A stretch of 63,765 nt of DNA, filler included, from Collodictyon triciliatum (Eukaryota): assembly GCA_043381765.1 (NCBI GenBank). It is 7 parts of 7 records of this genome, joined end to end, with 100 filler letters (N's around TTAATTAATTAA, not from the genome) between each part and the next. Parts side by side here need not be neighbours in the genome. Positions count along the whole stretch, not along the records: positions 39,336 to 45,435 come from JBHJMP010000820.1; positions 45,536 to 54,722 come from JBHJMP010000821.1; 5 more parts are not named here. One strand, given 5' to 3'. Positions 39,236 to 49,989 of this stretch are shown in pieces. Both the position numbers and the translations under genes were made by a program. The stretch's first letter is position 1. Every line of letters begins with the position of its first letter. Below the pieces are notes generated by a model. That model did not search any database, was not told the origin of the DNA, and was given only the letters and a program-made list of their open reading frames with translations.

Positions 39236-39335
39236 NNNNNNNNNNNNNNNNNNNNNNNNNNNNNNNNNNNNNNNNNNNNTTAATTAATTAANNNNNNNNN
39301 NNNNNNNNNNNNNNNNNNNNNNNNNNNNNNNNNNN
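39236..39335. other. Artificial scaffold-joining spacer
   Basis: N44-TTAATTAATTAA-N44 between (AAAC)n and (GTTATTATTGTT)n repeats. Confidence 0.97.
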
Positions 39336-39454
39336 GTTATTATTGTTGTTATTATTGTTGTTATTATTGTTGTTATTATTGTTGTTATTATTGTTGTTAT
39401 TATTGTTGTTATTATTGTTGTTATTATTGTTGTTGCACATAGTTGTGGAACATC

Positions 39455-40211
39455 CTACGATGTGGATGTGAAGAAAAGGACTTTAGGAATCAGCTCTTCT
39501 GGAAGGCCATCCTTGGCGCTGACAGATACCGGCAGAGAAATCCCAGTCTTTTCGCAGAATGACACGACTTCGGAATCCTTCGGATGGCCGATACATTGTC
39601 ATCAAAGCAAATTAGGCCAAATGAAAGGTGTGAGATGGGTGTAACGACAACATCCAAGTGTTGGTCTTCATGGAAAGTGCGACTAGCAGCAAAATCAATC
39701 TAAGGGAAAAGGGGCAGAGAAGAATGATAGAAATAAAGTGACGGGGTGGCATATTAATCCTACCAATGCACTGGACCCTAGGTCACTCTTTGTTCTAAGA
39801 ATAAGAGACAGTCCACACGATCTCTTTGCCAGTAAAGCTGATTGGGCAACTATACCAAATAGATTCAAGTTTATCGAATACTAATACTAATCATAATCCC
39901 ATGATAATAGCACCAATACATTCAAGGGCTATGTCTTTTGGTAATAAACAGTATTGTGACACGAGTATTTTGTGTAGACCGCCAAGATGTTGTGTGACAA
40001 GTATGCGAGAATTTTTGGTGTCCGACAAATAGTTTTATGCATAATATGTAGGTAATACCTTCTTCAAATGGGCCCACAGTAGGGTCGTACAACACAAAGG
40101 CGAAGTCTGCCTCATGTGGCTGAGTATTGAACGCCTCTTGCGCCTCTTCAAACGACATTTCCTTTAACTACATAAAGAGTTTGAAGGGGAGAAGAAAAAG
40201 AAAAGACGAAG

Positions 40212-40288
<77 letters not shown>

Positions 40289-43200
40289 TGATTAGCTTCA
40301 AAACTTTATATTTTTAAAAATACTTAAAAATATCATGTGGATATAGCGAATATGGTAGCTTAGTAGCGATGGTTTGCTCTAGAGCAAGAGTATTTTGTCA
40401 ACCAGAAGAAAAAAAGAGAGGAATACCAAAACAGAGAATTCCTCGTCCTTTTTGAAGGAAGTGAATTTGTTTATAACACTTCTATTCTTTTTCTTTGGCA
40501 GAGTCGCAGAAAAGGGTTTTCCTTGCACGTGGGACAGAATGGAACTCTTTCCAGAGCCTAGGCCACCGATCACATACCCAACCACAACGCGTCGTGTGAA
40601 AGTGTTTGATACAAATTCGCCCACTCGTGTCCTGAATCAGATTTAACAGATATCAACTTTTGTATTAAACAATAAATCATGTGTGTGTCGTTCCAAGTAT
40701 GATAAAGTCTCGCGGTTGTACTTTAACAGGCCAGAGATATAGATTATATGTGATATACAGTGTACCATGGAGAGAACGTATAACGTCGACAAATGACTAT
40801 ACAAGCAGACAAACAAATATGGATAATAGTCTATCTGTATCGATCATGGACACGATTTAAATATGTACTTTGTTGCCTGGATGTACTCCGCCAGCTGAGA
40901 CGGTCGGGTGCCGAGATATGATAAGGCAAGAACGGTCTTTTCGTAATTCTCGTGGAGGCACCATTTCCACAATAAACCCCACTCGGATTGGGACAGGTAG
41001 TCTTTTGAAGATGGAACGATTTGCAAGTATGTAGAAGGCCAGGGCGTGAAGATTTCAATATCGGTGAACACTTTCTGCATATCTGCACGAAATTAAATCA
41101 TGAGGCGGGGATAAGAACAAATAAAAGCTGGGTATACATATGATTAAAATAAAAGTAAAAAGAAAGACAAGCTAGGCTGGATTGTTTATTTTGACATTTT
41201 AAGAGGGAATTTTGGAACCTCGAATGGAAAGACCAAGCTCAGGGTGAGTACAGTGATGGGAATATATTTGCTCCAGGTATACAACACCGGTCGGTGTGAA
41301 TTCATAGTTTTGGCCATCTGCTAACGGTAGGCTTTGAGTGGCAAATGCGTTGATTCAGTATGATAAACAGGAAAACACAATGATTGCGTTGGCAAGATAG
41401 TATGACCACATCAAAACATAAATAATCAAAGCAATTATATTGAACTTTACACGCCAACTTTCGAAGCCTCCAGGGACAGATCCAAGTCAAAATTCAATCT
41501 CAGAAATCCATCGAAAATCTGCTCTGAATGATTCTGTCGGATGATATCCATATGGGTATACAAGAGAGCCGAAAAAGTAAATCCATCGACTGTGACTGCG
41601 TGAGGAATATGCTCTTTGATGCGCGCCTTTAATTGAACGAGATCAGCCTCTCCGATCGGCATACCAAAGAAGAACATCTAGCGATGGACGAGCACCGTTA
41701 GCCATGATAAGTTTACATGTAAATAAATAATGCGGTTTATATCAGGCTCATCAAATGATTTTATTATTTGCAGGTGAAAAGATTTAGTTACGTTGTATTG
41801 GCTAACTTCTTCGTTTGTAAGGTATCCTCGTCTATTTTCATCCAGAAGGTTGAATGAACGCTTCAAAGCAGCTCTGAATTTAGCAGTAGGCTCTTTCTAG
41901 ATTCATTCGTTTTTGTAAAGAAGAAAAGGCATGTTTTAATCACTATTGAGGAATCTTGAAAAAAAAGTATAGAAAATATTTAATTTTAATATCCTTAAAT
42001 GATTATGCGGTTCTAATTTACCATTAATATTACCGTGCACCAAAGTCAAGGAGGTACTTACAGGATTTTCAATGTTAACAAGATTTTGAATTGGGTAGGC
42101 AGACATCCTGAGCACTTGAATAAGAAAAGACTGGAGAGTTTTCACGTCCAAGTTTGAGACTGCAACATGATTCAGAATGTTCTGTATAAATTGTGATCGA
42201 GAAAGGCTCCTCTTAGTGTGCAGTTAATAAATCTGCGAGAATGAAAGGCCAAAAGTGCAAAGAGTCTATCAATTGTGTGCATCAAGACTTTCTCTTACCT
42301 TGTAGATATCGGTAGCTTCACGAATGAGTTTGACCATTGCATTTGGATCGACAGGCTTCAGGTCAGCCTTGTTGGTTACCAAGAGAATCGGCACCTAATC
42401 ATCCAGGAAGCAATTTATGTCAGCAAGACTTGATAGTCATAAAATCCTAATAACGGCGAAGCGTTACTTGTCTTCTGCTATATATATTTGATAGGGAAAA
42501 TAAAATGACGATATACTTTCTCTGCTCTGACGTGAATGCAAATTGATAAGATACCGTCTTATTTTCCTTGAGGAATTCTGGAATCCAAAAGTTGACAGCT
42601 TTGTCGAGACTCTTTGGGTTGTCGGGTGTAAACATGATTACAAGAAGGTCTGCGATTTTGGCCTTCTCAAGGACAGCAACAGGCTCGGATGCTACGTTGA
42701 GAAAATGGCTATCATTATTCCTTTTTCTATATTATGGTTTCTTGTATCTTATTTCGAAAGCTACATGAGAGCTAAATATTAATTGCGTTAGTAACACGCA
42801 ATAATTAAGATATCTGATTTCTCTATTAGAGTATTTTATTGAATTCGAAGAAGCCGTATGAGGCTTTGTATTGTTTGGAACATGAAGAGAAAATGCTAAA
42901 GACAATACCATCAGTGTCATGGAGATAGACAACGCAATGCGGGATATTAGTAACACTGGGCGGAAAGGAAATGGTCGGGCAAGTTTTGGGAACCTATTGC
43001 ATGTAAGTGTGATATTGTAACATTAACAAGCAGAAATAAGTGGCTTAGTGTGATTTTGGGTATCACTCATGTGAGCTTTTTGCCAAAACATTATCGAGCG
43101 GCAACCAGATATATCCATAGTTCTATGTTGCGTTGGGGGTTTTTCTTTTGGTTTTTTTGTTTGTTTTTTTTTTTTTGTTGCTGTTTTAATTAAGAGTAAG

Positions 43201-43612
43201 CACAATTATGCAGTAGATATGTAATCTTGTGGTGTTTGATTATTCCTTTAGCTGATTACGTTCGGTGTATCTATTTCTCTCATGCTTGGGATTGGTTTTG
43301 TATGTATTGAGGAATTTAAAGCGAAACACAGATCGCACAATGGCCTGAATAGATCAGAGAAGTAGAGTAGAGAATAAAAGTGATCCCCCACTCACACCAG
43401 TTTGCTCGTCATCCTGGCTCAAAAGTTTCCACAGTAGCGTCGATTTTCCGACATTTGCTAGAAACAGCAAAATAAAGAAAAGGTTAAAGTCTTCTTCACG
43501 TGTCTCTGGCACGAAGGGTAGTACACTCAACAATCGGTAGGTAGCATATATGAGCTGGTTGGCTTCTCTTACTTTCCCCCACTACAATCACGTGGCGCTG
43601 TAGAACGCTCAT
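39455..43612 (-). CDS. Divergent mitochondrial Rho (Miro/Gem1)-like GTPase, multi-exon; TM tail not seen
   Basis: GTPase 1: VIVVGE|TNVGKSTL, VPKTCPTISFPPSV, FWIPE, VPILLVTNKADL. EF-hand: AALKRSFNLLDENRRGYLTNEEV. Also LSQSEWGLLW. GTPase 2: YVIGGLGSGKSSIL, ADFAFVLYD, LILRTKSDL. Confidence 0.8.
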
Positions 43613-44201
43613 TTTCTGTCTTTAACTACATAGGAAGAAGACGTGTTTAGGACAGCTAATGTCTAAGTTTGGAGTAGCTGTTAAATAACACAAAATAGAA
43701 GAGACTATAATTCCTCTCAACAACCAGACAGTCAATGGTGTAAGTTATATGAATGGCAAAGTAAAATACAAGGGAGCCTCCATCTTTTAACCTTTGCGCA
43801 ACCACATACATAGTCTTCCAGAAGAAGAAAAAAAAGAGGAAGTTGTCTGCAAACTAAGCTTGATTTAATATTCTCTTTACTCTTCTCTATTCCGACGCGA
43901 TAGTGGGGGGGNNNNNNNNNNNNNNNNNNNNNNNNNNNNNNNNNNNNNNNNNNNNNNNNNNNNNNNNNNNNNNNNNNNNNNNNNNNNNNNNNNNNNNNNN
44001 NNNNNNNNNNNCCTGCCAATTGCTGGCTAAGGACACGATACTTTCCGATATATTGTTCTTGGTTGAAAACCTGGTAGTCGAGCTCTTGAGAGGGTTTTTC
44101 TTCAGGAGCGGTCAGGGTCGCAGATCGAGTAAGAACTCTCTCTCTCTTTCTCTCTTGGATTAGGTAGTGTTAGCTACTTGATCGGTTTTAACAACTTTTG
44201 A

Positions 44202-45164
44202 ACAGGAACAAATAATATAGCAGGACAGTTGAATCTTACAACAGCAGGATCTGCTGGAGCCCCTGCTCTGTTATTTAACGACACAACAACACCCAGCGGC
44301 ATTTGGGGCACGGACAACAATATATTTATTGGTACAGGTGGGGCACAACGAGTGAACATTCGTGACAATGGTGTCTCAATAACAGGTCAAAGTAATAGAA
44401 CACAGGGAATGTTAGATATAACAGATAGTAATAGTTCAGTTCTTTCTCCTAGTATAAAAATAAATGGTAGTGGCCAGGACACAGGCTTTTATTCAGCGTC
44501 CAATAACGCACTTAATGTAGCTGTAAACGGCGTTCAAAATTTTGCTTGGGGTCCCGTGTATAATCAAAATTTCAATGTACTACAATTAAGTGACCATTTA
44601 CGTCTGGACACCGCTAAAGAAATACAATTTGGCACAAATACGTTTGACACAAATGCAATTAAAGGCACTTATGACCCGGTTGTTAACGATAACAATGAAA
44701 TTTTATTTACTATAGGAGGCCTGCAACACGTTCAGTTTAAGAGGAGTCAAGTCAACTTTCTTTTTAATGTATTCTATGGGCAATGTCCCATATATGATTT
44801 TACTTAATATAGCACCGCAGGTGCAGAATTACAAATCGGTACAAATACGCCCCCGGTTACATTTTTCAGCCCAGCCGCGCAAAACAATAGCACTACTACA
44901 GTTACTTTTCCAACGTGTGAAAGTTTACCAGCGGGCTGGCAGGTCCGCATCATATTCCACAATATGAACGATACCTGGATTAATAACGAAGGCCGTTTAA
45001 GGTTTGGCACACAAACAATTAATCTGTTTCGCACGGGAGTATCGTCCTGGACGGCGGGTAGTTATAATCCGCTAGTAAATGGGACGGTTGTTGATGTAAT
45101 TAATTACCGAAGAACAGTTTCAGCAGACAGTCGCTGGTATGTGTGTGGCGTTGTCTCTCCATAA
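44202..45164 (+). pseudogene. Virus/phage-like fibre (tail-fibre/spike) gene remnant, intronless, 5'-truncated, one internal TAA
   Basis: About 320 codons in a single frame, broken only by TAA at 44805-44807. It has repeated GSAGAPALLF...SGIWG..NNIFIGTGGAQRVNI / SSVLSPSIKI...DTGFYSASNNALNVAVNG units and a C-terminal TVTFP....AGWQVRI...WYV head-like domain. It is G/N/T-rich, with no introns or microsatellites. Confidence 0.6.
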
Positions 45165-45212
45165 ACAATTCTTATAAATACTAACAATTGTTTAAAAATT
45201 GCGCGATTTATT

Positions 45213-45434
45213 TTAATAAATAGCCTGTGACAGGTTTTTAATAGGCGTTCCAAAGACTCGCTCTGTGATAGGCCCGTAAGATTTGCGTCCAAATGCACCA
45301 GAGGATATAAAGAACTGTGCATCCCTTGCTGAGCCAAATGCGCGCTTCTGGCCCCCGCCGTAGACGACGTAATTGAGCCCCTCTCGTCGGATGTTGTAAT
45401 TTGATTGGCCCGGAATAATGATGGTACCGAGGTC
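45213..45434 (-). CDS. C-terminal end of an unknown intronless ORF convergent with the fibre-like gene (cut by scaffold end)
   Basis: Open frame from the scaffold edge, DLGTIIIPGQSNYNIRREGLNYVVYGGGQKRAFGSARDAQFFISSG...LSQAIY-TAA, with AATAAA immediately after the stop; 48 nt from the opposing stop. Confidence 0.45.
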   Translation of the reverse strand, partial: DLGTIIIPGQSNYNIRREGLNYVVYGGGQKRAFGSARDAQFFISSGAFGRKSYGPITERVFGTPIKNLSQAIY

Positions 45435-45435
45435 A

Positions 45436-45535
45436 NNNNNNNNNNNNNNNNNNNNNNNNNNNNNNNNNNNNNNNNNNNNTTAATTAATTAANNNNNNNNN
45501 NNNNNNNNNNNNNNNNNNNNNNNNNNNNNNNNNNN
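45436..45535. other. Artificial scaffold-joining spacer
   Basis: N44-TTAATTAATTAA-N44. Confidence 0.97.
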
Positions 45536-45789
45536 TTTTTGTTTTTTGTTTTTTGTTTTTTGTTTTTTGTTTTTTGTTTTTTGTTTTTTGTTTTTTGTTT
45601 TTTTGTTTTTTTGTGGTTTCTTATTGCTTCTGAGACGAATTCTGTCTGGCCGGTAGCGGCCCGTGACCCAGTGATCAACAGGGTGGAGCCGAATGTGCTG
45701 TGTGATAAGGGGAAATGACAGAATAAATCGCGTGCGGGACGGGTTCTTGTTGGGTGTTTTCGTGGCGCTAAAAGAGCTTAGACTCGTTA

Positions 45790-46130
45790 TCAACTCACAA
45801 AGTGTCCTCTAAACGCGTTGCAAACGCGTATCTAGTGTTGTGGGAAAGGGATACGGTGTGCTGATACATGTCTTATTTTGGACTTTGGTAAGAGCGTGCT
45901 TTCACCATATTTGTATTTTATTTGTGGAAAATAAGTTAAGAGGCTTATTTACCCTTGTCATACCTCACTATGTGTTTTTTTGTATATAATGATTGTATAA
46001 TATAATAGCTATACCAATCTAAAGATTAGTAAACCTGGTGCGCTAGTATCGAGGGTCTCTCTACTTTTTTCACAAAGATTGTGCAGTGGTGAAGGCTGCC
46101 TGAAAAAACCCAACAGCATATTTTTTTAGA
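45790..46130 (-). ncRNA. Candidate Fanzor omegaRNA region / element right end (boundaries unknown)
   Basis: Lies at and just 3' of the Fanzor ORF end, where the omegaRNA is encoded in characterized Fanzors. Contains stems TTCAC...GTGAA, AATAAG-N8-CTTATT and ACGCGTT-GCA-AACGCGT. Confidence 0.35.
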
Positions 46131-48006
46131 GGAAGATGAATGCTTTTTTTTTGAAGAATTGAAAGGACTTTGTTGAGTATATTATTAGCGCTGTTAAAGT
46201 CCCTGTCAATAATACACTTTGTTTGCTTTCCGAGCGATTACATTCTTTACATATGAGACATCTATATGCCTTTTTTTTGAATTTCCTTTCGGTCTCATAT
46301 ATTCCAGTTCTTTTTCGCAGTTGCAGCACACCTTGGAGGTTCTAAATTCATCTACACTAACTGTTTCAAAACGTTTGGATACTATTTTTCTTAATCTTCT
46401 TTCGATTGTGGCATAAAATGTTTCATCTGAGATTTTCTGCTCCAGTCTCCATACCCCAGTACAACATCCTTGCCAAATACCTTTTCGATTCCGTCCATAA
46501 ATAATTCTTCACCTCTTTTTGTATTAACATACTGTCCCCATATCATCTTTAGAAAAGTTACTTTTTCATAAAATCTGGATAACTCTATCTGGTATCTTGA
46601 TTTCATAGATACATAATTTCGAATTTTTCATAATCGACCGTGCATGAACTGTGTTTACTCAGTCCTGTCTCTAAATCGATTAAATATGCTCTTGGAGTCT
46701 CAAACCGCTGGTTCTCTTCAAAATTCATGTGACCAAAAGAAACATCAGTTTGTAAACCTGTTGCGATGTATATCCCTGAAGCATTGTACTTTTTTTTCTC
46801 GCGCAAGAGTATTTTGTGATTTTTAAGAGATTTGGTATCATGTCTTCTTTGGTGTGCAGTGTAACGTAATTTCTTAACTGTCTCATCCACCATATAAACC
46901 AAATCAAACTTGCATGCGTCCACTACGACCATTTTTTTCGCTAATAAAGGTAACTGCTCTTCGGAAAGTTCATCTGTATAAACATATTCTTGATTTTTTT
47001 GATTGTATTTGTATTCTGAATTTTGAAATACCTTTCTTTCAAACAATAATGACACCGCCAAGCCGTTTGTTTGTATCATGTATTTAAAATTGTAGTCTGT
47101 TTGATGGAAGACCCTCTTCTTCATTTCAAAGAAATTATCCCGTGGTTTCTCTTTGCATTCTGATATATTCTCCAGTAATAATTTTTTTTTCAGTTGATAC
47201 TAATATATCTATCAAACATACAGTATGTAGGGTAATATGACATGGTATATTGTTTGTTCTTAAAGGGATTGGTTGAAACAGTTTGGTTTCAACGTCCTCA
47301 AAAAAGCGGTTCATGTAAATCAGACATGGAATGCACCTATTATGATTGACTTTGACATCACATTCGATACCATTTACAATATCGCTGGGAATGATATGAT
47401 TCAAATGGATTCTAGCCCATTATTTATATTGTTCCGGTATTTCGAGATTCTTGAAGATGGCTTCTTTTTAAGTTTCGTAACTCTGACTTTCTTAATAGCT
47501 TCCGTAATATTCTCATCTTTAGGAACTGTTTGATTTATAAAGTGCAGTAACCTCTTTACAAAATGTTCTTTAATGTTGTTATGATAAGCTGTTAACATTT
47601 GCTTCGCCAAGTACGGTAATACATGAGACAGTCCAACCAACGGAAAGCGTTCTCGGGACAAAAGGAATCGAAAATGATTGAGATAAAAAGCCATCATGTC
47701 TTTGCTAATTTCTGGTTTTTTTTATTAATCACGTGGGTCTATCTTGTGAAACTGTTCCGACTGTCTTAAAAGTGTACAAAAAAAAAACATTTCATGGATT
47801 GTTGGGAGTTGTTGTGATTTCAATATGTAACACCTTGCAAACAGATAAGTGTCGGTAACCAAATAATGGCGCAATAAAACCGTATCGTTGATTTTGTAAT
47901 AGCCATCCGCATTCTTTACAATCGACTTTAGAGATGTTTTCATATTTCGATAGTCTGGTTTTACAGACTTTAGATTCTTAAACTCAAGACGTTTCCTTTT
48001 CTTCAT
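46070..48006 (-). mobile_element. Fanzor (Fanzor1-like, TnpB-family RuvC endonuclease), frameshifted/degenerate copy
   Basis: Collinear fragments: N-terminal KTSLKSIVK..INDTV..LVTDTYLF..YIL; MLTAYHNNIKEHFVKRLLHFIN; KLFQPIPLRTNNIPCHITL; FKYMIQTNGLAVSLLF; RuvC-I VVVDACKFDLVYMVD; VVLGYGDWSRKSQMKHFMP; RuvC-II VSVDEFRTSKVCCNC; zinc finger LICKEC; RuvC-III IDRDFNSANNIL. Confidence 0.88.
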
Positions 48007-48052
48007 GTGAAAGTCTTTGTTCTACTTTTTCCTTTAGAAAACTACCGAGTTT

Positions 48053-48060
48053 TCAATTTT
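48053..48060 (-). promoter_or_regulatory. AAAATTGA motif (Mimiviridae early-promoter-like) about 50 nt upstream of the Fanzor ATG
   Basis: The plus strand reads TCAATTTT at 48053-48060. The same 8-mer also occurs by chance elsewhere in this AT-rich DNA. Confidence 0.25.
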
Positions 48061-48789
48061 AACAATACTTAAGTCAGTCAAGTCAATCTATTAAAAAAAA
48101 ATGCACAAAATCAGGTCAGGTAAAATTAAGCATCTACCAAGACTCTCAAAATGTGCGCATTGTGGCAAACAAACAGAGTTTTTTTTTTAACAAGTGATTT
48201 GAGACAAAGCGCTGAGAGCCGATTCGGCGAGTTCGAAAAGACGGCCGTATAGCCATTGTGACTGAAAGTCAACATATCGGCCCCAAGCAACATGATTATA
48301 GTTGAAAGTGTGGATAGTATGCTTTTTTGGAATACAAGTTTGGTGGCAGGTTTATAGGGTGGGTTCTGTCTGGGCCAAGACAACGGCTTTTGTAATCTTT
48401 GGATTTTAATGATAATATTACATAAATGAAAAATAAAATATAAATTGATAATAGGAATAAAATGATATATTAAGTATTTTTAATCGTATTATGTTCTTAT
48501 CATGCTATTATATTATTCAGGTTGCTTCTTGGATTCATCAAAGCTCCTGCTTTCGTCAATCCAGAATTAATTCTGATGGTTGTCTGTGCAATAAACTGCT
48601 GTGTATATGTGTACACTTTCGTTGTATAAATAGTATTGTGCCTTGAAAGGGATAAAACCAAGTTCGTCACAACCTTTGTAATAAAGTTTATCCATTTACA
48701 GGCTGAATGAGACCGAAGATGAAGAAAAAAGAATATAAAAATGAATCAGAACAACCAATACTGGGCACTATATTCATATTGACATTGTT

Positions 48790-49710
48790 ACCCGTGGGTC
48801 GGTGGCTTGAGCTCGATCGGTCTTTTTTATTCCTCTTTATTATTATTATGATTATTATGATTATTATGATTATTATGATTATTATGATTATTATGANNNN
48901 NNNNNNNNNNNNNNNNNNNNNNNNNNNNNNNNNNNNNNNNNNNNNNNNNNNNNNNNNNNNNNNNNNNNNNNNNNNNNNNNNNNNNNNNNNNNNNNNNNNN
49001 NNNNNNNNNNNNNNNNNNNNNNNNNNNNNNNNNNNNNNNNNNNNNNNNNNNNNNNNNNNNNNNNNNNNNNNNNNNNNNNNNNNNNNNNNNNNNNNNNNNN
49101 NNNNNNNNNNNNNNNNNNNNNNNNNNNNNNNNNNNNNNNNNNNNNNNNNNNNNNNNNNNNNNNNNNNNNNNNNNNNNNNNNNNNNNNNNNNNNNNNNNNN
49201 NNNNNNNNNNNNNNNNNNNNNNNNNNNNNNNNNNNNNNNNNNNNNNNCTAACATCCATGACAGAAGAATTCATGACATAAACACATCTATAAAATCGAAG
49301 CTGACAAGACATTTATAAGGTAGAAAGATTGGGAGAATAGTCGGTATTGATTTATGTATTGCTAGTGACTCTCGCTAAAATTTATCGAATAGTAAACAGT
49401 TGTTAAGGAAAGTTGATAAAGTGACCCAGGGCAAAGGGAGCATACCATTTAGGATCTCCTGGCCATCTTTTCGTAAGCGATGTTGTCTTGATTTCATATC
49501 TGCCGAGCAGTGTGTCAAATCCAATAGAATCCTCGTCGTAACACTAGATATTTGAAATATTTGCGTCGTTTGAGGCAATATTAAAATGGTGTTCGTCTAC
49601 TTGAATAGCTAGAAACATTAGGGGACATACAAGTACGGACACATTCGGCGCAAGGGTCAAAGGCTCCGGCAAGTCCATTTCGATATTCAAAACTTCATAC
49701 CTACAGTTAA

Positions 49711-49746
<36 letters not shown>

Positions 49747-49953
49747 TTTAAAAAAATATTAAAAAAAAAAAATTTTTTGTTAAATTTAATTTATTTAAAT
49801 TTGAAANNNNNNNNNNNNNNNNNNNNNNNNNNNNNNNNNNNNNNNNNNNNNNNNNNNNNNNNNNNNNNNNNNNNNNNNNNNNNNNNNNNNNNNNNNNNNN
49901 NNNNNNAAAAACTACAAAAAAAAAAATAAAAAAATAAAAAAATAAAACAAAAA

Positions 49954-49989
<36 letters not shown>

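Noticed and set aside
44202-48006. Fibre-like gene plus Fanzor as a single integrated viral element
   Set aside because: They are separated by an artificial scaffold spacer at 45436-45535, so there is no evidence of physical linkage.
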